A DNA stretch of 64,000 nt, taken from positions 293,217-357,216 of the forward strand of contig JBNASD010000001.1 in the NCBI GenBank assembly GCA_049720225.1, given 5' to 3'. Shown piece by piece: positions 18,461 through 27,914 of the stretch. A model generated the notes under the pieces. The model did no database searches. It saw only the letters and a list, made by a program, of their open reading frames with translations, and was not told the origin of the DNA. This stretch comes from Microgenomates group bacterium. GTDB lineage: Bacteria; Patescibacteriota; Microgenomatia; PFEM01; JBNASD01. Positions within the stretch are counted from its first letter, which is position 1. Every line of letters begins with the position of its first letter. The translations under genes and the position numbers were made by a program.

Positions 18461-20330
18461 AAAGCAAACCTCCTAAAACAATCCCCCCTAAAAAAATTAA
18501 AACTCCTTTTACTCCCAATCCTGGCAAAAGAAAACTACTGGTTAAAATTGCTCCTAAAAATCCCCCAAATAAATCAAAAGCATAAATAAAACCGGGGTTT
18601 TTGTATTTTTTTAGATAATTTTTATTAATTAAAGCAAAAATCATTCCGCCAATAAATCCAATACCTAAAGCCAAAATTGGCCAAAAATTTACCTGATGAA
18701 TTAAAAATAAAAATGGTAAATAGCCCATAAACAAAATTTTCAATTTCCAATTTTCAATTTTCAAATATTTTTTCTCAATTACTCCCACCCCCAATCCTAT
18801 CCCTATCAAAACGGCGGCAAAAATTAAAGCAATTTGACTATAAAGATAACCAATTTTTGTTTGAAAAATAAAAATCAACAAAATCTCTAAACTTATTAAA
18901 ATAAAACTAGAAATGGCGACAGTCACTCCCCAATTAATTTTTCTAGAACCAAATAATAAAATTAAAAATAATAAAATCAACAAAAAAATAGGAATGATTT
19001 TTACTAATTTAATTAAATAAACTGGTAGCTTAAAACTAAAAATTGTTTGCCAAAAAAGTTGTTGATAGAAAAAAGCTGTAGGATTAAAATCATTATTTAT
19101 TTCTGCCGGTGTATTTTGAATTTTTTCTAAAATTTTTTGACGTCTTTGATTATCAATTTGATACCAAAAATAATCTTTAAATTGAAAGCTAATTTTTTCC
19201 TGATTAATTTTTAATTCTTCAAAACCAGCTAAAAAAATTAGCTGATCTTCAGGAGTTAATAACTCCAAAAAAGGAAAGGCTATTTTTAAAGTTTGATAAA
19301 GAGAACTAACAAATCTTGCTGCCTCCTCGCTTTGGTAGTCAGTCGGTGAATGAATAATTAAAGCAAATATTCCGTTTTTACTTAGTCGATTTTTGATTTT
19401 TTCAAAAGACTCATAGGTAAAGTAGCGGTTGGTTAACAAAGTTTGAGGATTGCCTAAAGAAAAAATAATTAAATTCCATTGTTGCCTATCATCATTTAAA
19501 AATTGTCTGGGGTCGCTGATAATCAAATCAATTCCGGGAATCAAAAGCTCTTTTTCTAAATTGGCAAGCTTTTCATCAATCTCTATAAAAATAATCTTTT
19601 CAGATAAAGATAACTTTTTAATTTCCGAAGCAATATTAGGATTACCAAATACCAAAATTTTTTTATCTTCTTTCACAAACGGTATAATTAAACTTAAAAT
19701 TTGTTTTGTTTCGTAACTTTCTTGATTAGTAAAAGCAAGTTGGCCACTAACAAAATAACTCCGTTGATTGTCTTGGTTATTAATAATTATTTGTTGGTAT
19801 TTAGAATTAATTACTTTTTCTAAACCAGGATATCGCCATTTCAAGCCAAAGGAAAAATTAATTGTTGCTAAAATAAAACTAAAAATTAATCCCCCAGCGG
19901 TAAAGCCAATTGTTTCCCAAAAGTAACCTAAATTAGGTCGCCAAAAACTCACTCCCAAAGCAAAAACTGCCCCCAAAAGAAAGCAAAAAATAAAAAGAGG
20001 CGGAAATATAACCATAAAAACAAAAATTGGATCTGGCAATTCTCCAAAAGAAACAAGTAGTCCCACTAGCCATCGCCAATAAATGATTAAAAGAGGCAAA
20101 AGAAAAACCAAAATTCCCAAAATTACCCAAAGAAATTTAAAATTTTTAAAAAATTTTTTAAATTTAATCCCAAACAATCCTCCTAATCCAGAAAATAACA
20201 TCCAACTTCCCAGTCCTAATCCATAAAACATCTCATTGCTATAAAAAAGGTTGGCAATTTCTCTCAAAATTAACGCTTGAGCCAAAATGGAAATTACCCC
20301 AAGAAGAAAAAAGAAGATGGGAAAAATCAT
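18438..20330 (-). CDS. Multi-TM protein with central spermidine-synthase-like domain (degenerate motifs)
   Basis: LAQALILRE, NSKYQQI, IEIDEKL, SDPRQFL, NRYFTYE, NNDFNP, YAFDLFGGFLGA. Confidence 0.78.
   Translation of the reverse strand: MIFPIFFFLLGVISILAQALILREIANLFYSNEMFYGLGLGSWMLFSGLGGLFGIKFKKFFKNFKFLWVILGILVFLLPLLIIYWRWLVGLLVSFGELPDPIFVFMVIFPPLFIFCFLLGAVFALGVSFWRPNLGYFWETIGFTAGGLIFSFILATINFSFGLKWRYPGLEKVINSKYQQIIINNQDNQRSYFVSGQLAFTNQESYETKQILSLIIPFVKEDKKILVFGNPNIASEIKKLSLSEKIIFIEIDEKLANLEKELLIPGIDLIISDPRQFLNDDRQQWNLIIFSLGNPQTLLTNRYFTYESFEKIKNRLSKNGIFALIIHSPTDYQSEEAARFVSSLYQTLKIAFPFLELLTPEDQLIFLAGFEELKINQEKISFQFKDYFWYQIDNQRRQKILEKIQNTPAEINNDFNPTAFFYQQLFWQTIFSFKLPVYLIKLVKIIPIFLLILLFLILLFGSRKINWGVTVAISSFILISLEILLIFIFQTKIGYLYSQIALIFAAVLIGIGLGVGVIEKKYLKIENWKLKILFMGYLPFLFLIHQVNFWPILALGIGFIGGMIFALINKNYLKKYKNPGFIYAFDLFGGFLGAILTSSFLLPGLGVKGVLIFLGGIVLGGLLSIAKLRG
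18735..18762. repeat. Four heptamer tandem units inside CDS (encodes LKIENWKLKI)
   Basis: aattttc aatttcc aattttc aattttc. Confidence 0.7.
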
Positions 20331-20333
20331 AAT

Positions 20334-21797
20334 TTAATTATAAACCAATCTTCCTTCTACCTTTCTGAAAACATTTTGATTATTTCTCAACCATTCCTCC
20401 AAAACCTGTTGAGCCGAGGTGGTTACCACTTTTGATTTTCCCGAGGCTAAAAGTTCTTCTTGAGTAATATTTAAATAAGAGGCGCAGTTATTAAAATGAT
20501 ATCCTTGCATACAGATAGTATAAAATTTGGTTTTGTCGATTGGCACTCCATCAATAGCTAAAGAAACTAACCGATGTTCTTCGTCAGAATAAATGGCGCG
20601 CACTTTTCCATTTACCTGATAACATTCTCCCTCCCCATTACGATTTTCCGTTCGCATAATATGAGAAAAAATTTTTTCCAGTTGAGCGCCGGTAATTGTA
20701 AATCGATGCAATACATCATCATAGGGAAAACAGGCTAATAAATCTTTCAGCGTCACCGCCGGTCCCAATTGAGTTGCTCTTATTGAACCGCTTCCTACCA
20801 GCATTACATCACATTCTGCCACTTCCGCAAAAGCATCGGCAATCAAATTACCCAAAGAAGTTTCGACTTCTCTTTTAGGATGGGTAAGTGTCTGGGAAAA
20901 CTTACATAAAATCACATTATATTTTCTATCAACTTCTTTTTGAAAACTTAAAATATAATCTTCAAGCTTTTTATCGGGTTTGGCTAATTTATTATCAATT
21001 GGAATCAGTTGCCATTTATAGTCAACAACGCTATTGGTATCATCATCAACCAAAATATCAAATCTTCCAATCTGATTCGTTCCCACTCCTGCTTGGGCAA
21101 TTAAAATATTATTTACTTTTACTGGCTTATCTAAAATCGTATGGGAATGACCGCCAATAATCATATCCACTCCCCATTCCGGCCGAAGCAGTCTTGCCAA
21201 CTTTATATCCTCTTCAAATCCAATATGAGTTAACAAAATCGTCAAATCAATATCATCATTTTTATAAGCATTACAAATTTTTCCTACTTCTTTACTTGCT
21301 TCTTCTACTCCCACAAAAGTACCAATTAGTTTATCTTGTTTGATGGAATCTAAAATTTTTTCGGTAATAATTCCCGTAAACAAAATATCAAATCCCGCTT
21401 TTTTCAAAATTAAATAAGGAAGTAAAAGCCGACGATTGTTTTTAATGATATATAAATTGGCATTTACTAAGGGAAAATTAGCCATTTTCTCCAAAAACAA
21501 AAGATGAGGTAAACCATAATCAACTTCATGATTACCAATTGCCACCACATCCGGCGCTAAATAATTCATAATTTCAATAGTCGAGCAACCTTTCCATTCG
21601 GTATCAATCAACGAGCCCTGAAGCATATCACCGGAAATAACATACAAAACATTTTCCTCTTCTTTTCTAACTTTATTGATATACCCCGAAAGTAAAGCTA
21701 ATCCCCCAATCAACTCTTTTTTCCCGGCTTGAATTTCCGCCAAAAAATCCCCATGCATATCATTGGAATGAAGAATAGTAAATTTCTTAGTTTTCAT
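20334..21797 (-). CDS. Bifunctional metallophosphatase/5'-nucleotidase, no signal peptide
   Basis: HSNDMHG, SGD, GNHE, LTHIG, GGHSH. Confidence 0.9.
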   Translation of the reverse strand: MKTKKFTILHSNDMHGDFLAEIQAGKKELIGGLALLSGYINKVRKEEENVLYVISGDMLQGSLIDTEWKGCSTIEIMNYLAPDVVAIGNHEVDYGLPHLLFLEKMANFPLVNANLYIIKNNRRLLLPYLILKKAGFDILFTGIITEKILDSIKQDKLIGTFVGVEEASKEVGKICNAYKNDDIDLTILLTHIGFEEDIKLARLLRPEWGVDMIIGGHSHTILDKPVKVNNILIAQAGVGTNQIGRFDILVDDDTNSVVDYKWQLIPIDNKLAKPDKKLEDYILSFQKEVDRKYNVILCKFSQTLTHPKREVETSLGNLIADAFAEVAECDVMLVGSGSIRATQLGPAVTLKDLLACFPYDDVLHRFTITGAQLEKIFSHIMRTENRNGEGECYQVNGKVRAIYSDEEHRLVSLAIDGVPIDKTKFYTICMQGYHFNNCASYLNITQEELLASGKSKVVTTSAQQVLEEWLRNNQNVFRKVEGRLVYN

Positions 21798-21802
21798 GAA
21801 CT

Positions 21803-22774
21803 TTAAAGTTTAATCAATTTTTCTAACCATGGAACATGCTTATTTTTTCTTTTCCACCAAATATCTTCCCAAACATAATGAACCGCCAATGCTTTCCACT
21901 TTCCCCATTTTTCAAAAAATTTTAACATTTTTTCTACTGGAACTAATTCTTTTTCGTAATCTTTATTAAAAAAAATTTTGGTATAAATTTTCTGCTCCCA
22001 AGGAGAAATATGATTTAAATAATCCCAATGGTGAAAGACATCAACCATAATATAATTTAATGTTGCTGGGACAACGCCATACAAAGAAAGCAATGTTTCC
22101 TCCTGTTTCTCTTTACTTTCCTTTCTTAATTTTAACCCATCCACCACACCATTAGCAAAGGGTTGGGAAATTTTGATTAAAGATTTTGCCCGATATCCAA
22201 CCTTAAGATTTCTTAACTCCTCCTCTCCAGTATTTGCTAAAATTTCCGGCTCCCAAAAACACCAAAGCTTTTGCTCGCCATATTCAAGCAAACTACCATA
22301 TTTTTCAAAAAGAGTCTGAAGCATACTCACACTTCTTTTTACGGTGGCGTTTTGTAACACAATCCCAATAATTAAGTATTCATAAAGAGAACCGGCATGC
22401 ATTGGCCGAAGACCAGAAAATTTTTTAATAATCGGGGCTAAAATGTGGTCTTTTTCTACCTTTTTATAAAAACTCTTTAAATCTAAATCTAAATTGAACC
22501 GCCAAATAATCTCTTTTTTTAAAGTCTTATAAAATTCGGACGATAAACTCTTTGCGGAAAATACTCTTATTTTTATTTTTGGTTTTGTTTTTATACCAGA
22601 ATCTTCGTAAATTAACCCTAATTTTTCTCCTTTCCATAACATTGTTTGCCATCTTTTCCCTGGTTCCCATTGGCAATCTCCGCTAGGAAAATGGTCAGGT
22701 TTATAAAAAGTTAAATCAAAACTAAAAGGATAGGTAGGAATAATTTCCAAAACTTTTTGATATTTTAATTTCAT
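21803..22774 (-). CDS. HhH-GPD DNA glycosylase (AlkA/Ogg-like)
   Basis: GLRP, LYEYLIIGIVLQN, VGYRAK, LLSLYGV.PA. Confidence 0.75.
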   Translation of the reverse strand: MKLKYQKVLEIIPTYPFSFDLTFYKPDHFPSGDCQWEPGKRWQTMLWKGEKLGLIYEDSGIKTKPKIKIRVFSAKSLSSEFYKTLKKEIIWRFNLDLDLKSFYKKVEKDHILAPIIKKFSGLRPMHAGSLYEYLIIGIVLQNATVKRSVSMLQTLFEKYGSLLEYGEQKLWCFWEPEILANTGEEELRNLKVGYRAKSLIKISQPFANGVVDGLKLRKESKEKQEETLLSLYGVVPATLNYIMVDVFHHWDYLNHISPWEQKIYTKIFFNKDYEKELVPVEKMLKFFEKWGKWKALAVHYVWEDIWWKRKNKHVPWLEKLIKL

Positions 22775-22793
22775 TTTTACCCTTCAAAGATAT

Positions 22794-24167
22794 TTACTTT
22801 CTCCAGTGAATATGTTTAATTTGAACTAATTCCATAAAGCCAAACTCTCCATGTTCTCTTCCTATTCCGCTTTTTTTATAACCTCCAAAGGGACATGAGG
22901 GAAAGAAAAAACTGTCGGTATTAACTGAAATTGTTCCTGCCTGAATTTGAGAAGCTACTTCTTTAGCTAATCTTCTGTCTGAGGTATAAATCTCCGCACT
23001 TAATCCATAGATGGTATCATTAGCGATTCTTATTGCTTCTTCTTTATCCTTAAAGGGTAAAATTGGTAATACAGGACCAAAAACTTCCTCCTTGTACACC
23101 CGCATATTCTTTTTAATATTAACTAAAAGAGTTGGTTCAAAGAAAGCACCATTAAAACCATCTGGTTTTTTTCCTCCAGCTATAATTTTTGCACCCTTTT
23201 TTACTGCATCTTTTACTTGGCACTCTAAAATTTCTAATTGTTTTTTAGAGATTAAACTTCCCATTTCTGTTTCCGGATTTAAAGGATCCCCGATTTTGAC
23301 TTTTTCTACCCGAGATTTAAGTTTCTCTACTACTTTTTCAAATATTGATTTTTCAACCAAAAGTCTTTTAATTGCCGTGCATACTTGACCGCAATTCAAA
23401 AAACGACCAGTATATATTTCTTCTATAGCATTATCTAAATTAGCATCGGCAAAAACAATTGCTGGACTACTTCCTCCCAATTCTAAAACTGCTTTTATGA
23501 ATTTTTTTCCCACTTTTTGATAAATTTCTTGACCGGCAGCCGAGCTTCCGGTAAACCAAATTAAATCTATCTGACTATCTACTAACTTTTTTCCTACTTC
23601 TTCATTGCCAAAAACAATATTAAATACTCCCTCTGGTAAACCTACCTGGTTAAGCAAATCCCCTAAAAATTTACCGGTTAAGGGTGTTTCTTCTGACGGC
23701 TTGAAAACTACCGTATTTCCCACTAAAAGATTAGGAACAATCCCCCAAATTGGTAAATCTAAAGGAAAATTCCATGGGGTAATTACCGCCGTAACTCCAT
23801 AGGGTTCAAAAACCAATTCACTTTTACCTCCACCATCTTCAAATAAAACTCTTTTTGGAAGAAATTTTAGGGCTTCCTTTAAAAAATAATTAAAATATTT
23901 TTGGTCAAACTCAACTTCATCGTAGGCTTCCCTTATTGGTTTACCTGTTTCTAAAGTGATTAATTTAGCTATTTTTTCTTTATTATTTAAAATCAAATTT
24001 TTAATTTTTTTTAAAATTTTTATTCGGTTTTCAAGCGATATTTTTCTCCATTTTTCTTTAACTTCATGTGCTTTTTCCACACATAAACCAATTTCTTTAT
24101 CAGAGGAAACTTTAACTTTTCCTATTACCTCGTAATTTTTTGCCGGATTAGTAGAATAAAGAAACAT
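22794..24167 (-). CDS. Aldehyde dehydrogenase
   Basis: ITPWNFP, KPSEETP, FTGS, LELGG, GQVC, EEVFGP, PFGGYKKSG. Confidence 0.93.
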   Translation of the reverse strand: MFLYSTNPAKNYEVIGKVKVSSDKEIGLCVEKAHEVKEKWRKISLENRIKILKKIKNLILNNKEKIAKLITLETGKPIREAYDEVEFDQKYFNYFLKEALKFLPKRVLFEDGGGKSELVFEPYGVTAVITPWNFPLDLPIWGIVPNLLVGNTVVFKPSEETPLTGKFLGDLLNQVGLPEGVFNIVFGNEEVGKKLVDSQIDLIWFTGSSAAGQEIYQKVGKKFIKAVLELGGSSPAIVFADANLDNAIEEIYTGRFLNCGQVCTAIKRLLVEKSIFEKVVEKLKSRVEKVKIGDPLNPETEMGSLISKKQLEILECQVKDAVKKGAKIIAGGKKPDGFNGAFFEPTLLVNIKKNMRVYKEEVFGPVLPILPFKDKEEAIRIANDTIYGLSAEIYTSDRRLAKEVASQIQAGTISVNTDSFFFPSCPFGGYKKSGIGREHGEFGFMELVQIKHIHWRK

Positions 24168-24248
24168 CAGAAAATTTTAACAAAAAACTCTAAAGATTTC
24201 ATCAGAGTAATTAGGACACATAGCAAGGTTAATTTCTTTAACTCCATT

Positions 24249-24257
24249 TGCTATAAT
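24249..24257 (+). promoter_or_regulatory. Extended -10 element TGcTATAAT before amrB-amrA
   Basis: 10 nt before ATG 24268; no SD. Confidence 0.55.
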
Positions 24258-24267
24258 CAAGCTGTGA

Positions 24268-25791
24268 ATGAAAAAATTTTTTTGGATAGGGGGCATAATA
24301 TTTTTGGTAGGAATTTTGGGTTTGCCGATTTGGTTTATTAAAAATAAATCAAAAGAAATGGAAAATAAGAAATCTGCAAAAACTATTCGTTTACCCGCCG
24401 TTGCCGGTGCTTTTTATCCAGCAGAAAAAGAAATTTTAGACTCCCAAATCTCTACTTTAATCAATCAAAGTAAGAAAATTTCTGAAGAGGGAAAATTAAG
24501 GATTTTAATTGTGCCTCATGCAGGAATTCAATATTCCGGACCAACCGCTGCCGCTGGATTTAAACAAATTGAAGGTCAAGATTATAAAAAAGTAATAATT
24601 TTAGGAGCCAGTCACCGGGCTTGGTTTAACCATGCCGCTGTTTTTAGTCAAGGAGTTTGGGAGACTCCCTTAGGCCAAGTAGAAATTGACCAAAATTTAG
24701 CGGAAGAAATTTTGGGAGAAAAAATTATTGCCGATGAAAATCCCCATCTTTCAGAACATTCCTTAGAAGTAGAATTAATTTTTCTTCAAAAAGTTTTAAA
24801 AAATTTCAAAATTGTTCCTATTTTAGTTAGTCAAACCAGCGAAGAATTAATTAATAATTTAGCTGAAAAAATCGCCCAAAATTTTGACGACCAAACCTTA
24901 TTAGTAGTTTCTACTGATTTATCTCATTATCCTCCTTATGAAATTGCCAAAAAGGTAGATAACCAGACTATCGAGGCAATTTTAACTGGAGATTTAGAAA
25001 AATTTAACCAAACAGTTTCTCAATTAGAATCCGCAGGTTATCCCGGTTTAGAAACTGCCATTTGTGGACAAGAAGCCGTTAAAGTTGGTTTGGTAGTTGG
25101 AAAAATTTTAGGTGTTAATTGGCAAAAAATTAAATACGAAAACTCCGGCGATACTGCCGGAGAAAAAAACCAAGTAGTAGGATATGTCGCCATTGGTGGA
25201 TGGAGCAAAACTCTTCCTTTAAAAGAGGAATCTTCTTCCGCTGATTATCTTAATGAAGAAGAAAAAAAACAAGCTTTAGAAATTGCCCGAAAAACATTGG
25301 AAGAATATCTTAATAACGGTAAAATCCCCTCTTTAACTTCTTCACTTCCTGGTTTATCAAAACCGTTAGGTTGTTTTGTCACTCTTCGTAAACATGGAGA
25401 GCTCCGTGGTTGTATTGGCGAATTTGAACCAAAAGAACCGCTTTATAAAGTAATTCAACGAATGGCAATTGCCGCCGCTACCGAAGACCCTCGTTTTCCT
25501 CCAGTAAAGGCGAAAGAATTAAAAGAGATTAAAATTGAAATTTCGGTAATGACCCCAAAAAGAAAAATTGATGATTGGAAAAAAATTGAATTAGGAAAAC
25601 ATGGAGTGGTTATTCAAAAAGGTTTTCGCTCTGGCACATTTTTACCGCAAGTAGCAACAGAAACGGGTTGGGGTTTGGAAGAATTTTTATCTCAACTTTG
25701 CTGGCAAAAAGCCGGTTTACCACCTGACTGTTACAAAGATCCTTCGGTTAATCTTTATGTTTTTGAAGCCCAAGTTTTTGAAGAAGATTAA
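24268..25791 (+). CDS. amrB-amrA: AmmeMemoRadiSam protein B (MEMO1)-protein A (AMMECR1) fusion with N-terminal TM
   Basis: AVAGAFYP, VPHAG, EHSLEV, STDLSHY, VVGY; then GCFVTL, LRGCIG, DPRF, IEISV, TFLPQVA, KAG. Confidence 0.92.
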   Translation: MKKFFWIGGIIFLVGILGLPIWFIKNKSKEMENKKSAKTIRLPAVAGAFYPAEKEILDSQISTLINQSKKISEEGKLRILIVPHAGIQYSGPTAAAGFKQIEGQDYKKVIILGASHRAWFNHAAVFSQGVWETPLGQVEIDQNLAEEILGEKIIADENPHLSEHSLEVELIFLQKVLKNFKIVPILVSQTSEELINNLAEKIAQNFDDQTLLVVSTDLSHYPPYEIAKKVDNQTIEAILTGDLEKFNQTVSQLESAGYPGLETAICGQEAVKVGLVVGKILGVNWQKIKYENSGDTAGEKNQVVGYVAIGGWSKTLPLKEESSSADYLNEEEKKQALEIARKTLEEYLNNGKIPSLTSSLPGLSKPLGCFVTLRKHGELRGCIGEFEPKEPLYKVIQRMAIAAATEDPRFPPVKAKELKEIKIEISVMTPKRKIDDWKKIELGKHGVVIQKGFRSGTFLPQVATETGWGLEEFLSQLCWQKAGLPPDCYKDPSVNLYVFEAQVFEED

Positions 25792-26759
25792 TGAGTAAAA
25801 GAAAGTTTCTTCTTTTTTTAGTTTTTGGGGGATTAATTTTTGGGATTTTTTTAATTTTCTCTTATAAAAAATTATCATTTTCCTCCGTTAAAAATTTTAA
25901 ATATTCTTTTAATCAATTTTCTCCAACTTCTTCGCCGACTAAACTTCCAATAATTACTTTAATTGCTGTGGGCGACGTGATGTTAGGAAGAACAATAAAC
26001 TATCACTCTGTCAAAAACAATAATTTTACCTGGATGTGGGAAAAAACGGTTAATGAGCTTCGGTCGGCAGATTTAACTTTAATTAATTTAGAATCGCCGC
26101 TAGTAGAAAATTGTCCAGTTACTACCTCAGGAATGATTTTTTGCGGAGACCCAAAAAATATTGAAGGTTTAAAGTTCGCCGAAATTGATTTAGTTAATTT
26201 AGCTAATAATCATATCGCCAATTATGGGAAGAAAGGAATTGAAAATACTATCAACTTACTCAATGGTGCCAATATCGTTCCAATTGGTACTAATACTCCA
26301 GTTTATAAAAATATAAAAGGCATTAAATTTGCTTTTTTAGGCTATAGTGATTTTGCGGTGCCCCAAGAAATTTCTCAAGTAAAAAAAGAAAAAATAATTC
26401 AAGAAATTGCTCAAGCTAAAACTCAAGCAGATATCATAATTATCTCTTTTCATTGGGGAGAAGAATATACCAATCAACCTACTTCTCGCCAAAAAGAGTT
26501 AGCTTATCTTGCCATAGATTCTGGAGCAGATTTAGTCATCGGCCACCATCCCCACTGGATTCAACCCGAAGAATTTTATAAAGAAAAACTAATTGTTTAC
26601 AGTTTAGGCAATTTTATTTTTGACCAATTTTGGTCAGAAAAAACTACCCAAGGATTATTAGGAAAATTTATTTTTGAAGGAAAAAAATTAGTTTCTTATC
26701 AATTAATTCCTATAAAAATTATCCCTCCTGGTCAACCTACTTTAGAAAATTTTCCATAA
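25791..26759 (+). CDS. CapA (PGA_cap) family metallophosphoesterase-like protein
   Basis: VGDVMLGR, NLE, LANNH, HWGEEY, GHHPH, YSLGNFIFDQ; TAATG overlap with amrB-amrA. Confidence 0.9.
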   Translation: MSKRKFLLFLVFGGLIFGIFLIFSYKKLSFSSVKNFKYSFNQFSPTSSPTKLPIITLIAVGDVMLGRTINYHSVKNNNFTWMWEKTVNELRSADLTLINLESPLVENCPVTTSGMIFCGDPKNIEGLKFAEIDLVNLANNHIANYGKKGIENTINLLNGANIVPIGTNTPVYKNIKGIKFAFLGYSDFAVPQEISQVKKEKIIQEIAQAKTQADIIIISFHWGEEYTNQPTSRQKELAYLAIDSGADLVIGHHPHWIQPEEFYKEKLIVYSLGNFIFDQFWSEKTTQGLLGKFIFEGKKLVSYQLIPIKIIPPGQPTLENFP

Positions 26760-27175
26760 AGCTGAGTTTTTATCTCTTTTTCGTCTTTTTCAGCTAAAAC
26801 TTCAATCCCTTGACTTTTTAAATAATTTTTCAATTCAGAAGAAATTTTTAAAGAATTTTTAAAAATATCCAAAATCGCCGTAGGTAAATCATCACCCGCA
26901 ATTCGGTTGATAGAAATTTTTCCGCAAATTTTACACTGATGAACAATCATAATTTCTCCTTGACGAGGTTTGCCAGTAAATTTATCAATTCCTTCTTTTT
27001 TAAAAGTTAAAGCAATCGGCGTCATCAATCCCCCACAAAAAGCTTTTCTATCTCCTGATTTTTTATCCAAATGTTTTGACCATAAACAAAAAGGACAGTG
27101 ATTACGATGGGCAGTTCCCAAAGCTTTAAGAGGTACTTCCTTACCGCAATTTTCGCAAATAAATTTACCTTTCAT
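26732..27175 (-). CDS. RNHCP domain protein
   Basis: FICENCG, HRNHCPFCLWSKH, GDR...CGGLM, HQCKICG, NRIAGDD. Confidence 0.9.
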   Translation of the reverse strand: MKGKFICENCGKEVPLKALGTAHRNHCPFCLWSKHLDKKSGDRKAFCGGLMTPIALTFKKEGIDKFTGKPRQGEIMIVHQCKICGKISINRIAGDDLPTAILDIFKNSLKISSELKNYLKSQGIEVLAEKDEKEIKTQLYGKFSKVG

Positions 27176-27914
27176 AAAAAATTCCTACAGGAATTTTTCC
27201 TTGTCCGTCTTCATAATTCCATTCTTCCGCTTTTTCTAAAGCTTCACATAAATTTTTGGCTGGTTTTTCTAATTCATAAACTCTTTGGTTGTAATCTTGA
27301 AAAGTGTTAAAAAAAACTAAACAAGGTTGAAGAATATCTATAAACGCAAATCCATTATAAAAAAGGGCTTTTTTAATTAATGAAAATAAATGATCCGGTT
27401 TCCCCACATATCCGCGAGCAACAAAACCTGCTCCTACGGAAATCATTAATTTTAGCGGATTTATCGGTAACTCTTTACTTCCTTCTGGGGTAGATTTTCC
27501 TTTAAAACCTAACGGTGAAGTGGCAGTAAACTGACCAGTCGTTAAAGCAAAAGTCCGATTATCATGAACCAAAACCACCATGGGAATATTTCTTTTTGCG
27601 GCATGAATTAAATGTTCTATTCCCTCATTGTAAGCATCACCATCACCAACACTTACTATTACCTTTAAATTAGGATTGGCAATTTTAATTCCTGTTGCCA
27701 CCGCCACTCCCCGTCCATGCAAAGCATAAAAACTGTTAATATTTAAATAATCCGCCATTTTTCCGTGGCAACCAATCCCGGTAACCAAAACAAAATTTTC
27801 CCGACCAATTTCTTTTTCTGTCTCTTCAATTAATTTTTTTAAAGTATTTAAAATCAAAAAATTTCCACACCCGGGACACCAAGTTTTTAAGGTATTAGTT
27901 TCTAAGTTGTTCAT
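27165..27914 (-). CDS. 2-oxoacid:ferredoxin oxidoreductase beta subunit
   Basis: WCPGCGN, GIGCH, LHGR, GDGD TPP motif, ILQPC. Confidence 0.92.
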   Translation of the reverse strand: MNNLETNTLKTWCPGCGNFLILNTLKKLIEETEKEIGRENFVLVTGIGCHGKMADYLNINSFYALHGRGVAVATGIKIANPNLKVIVSVGDGDAYNEGIEHLIHAAKRNIPMVVLVHDNRTFALTTGQFTATSPLGFKGKSTPEGSKELPINPLKLMISVGAGFVARGYVGKPDHLFSLIKKALFYNGFAFIDILQPCLVFFNTFQDYNQRVYELEKPAKNLCEALEKAEEWNYEDGQGKIPVGIFYER

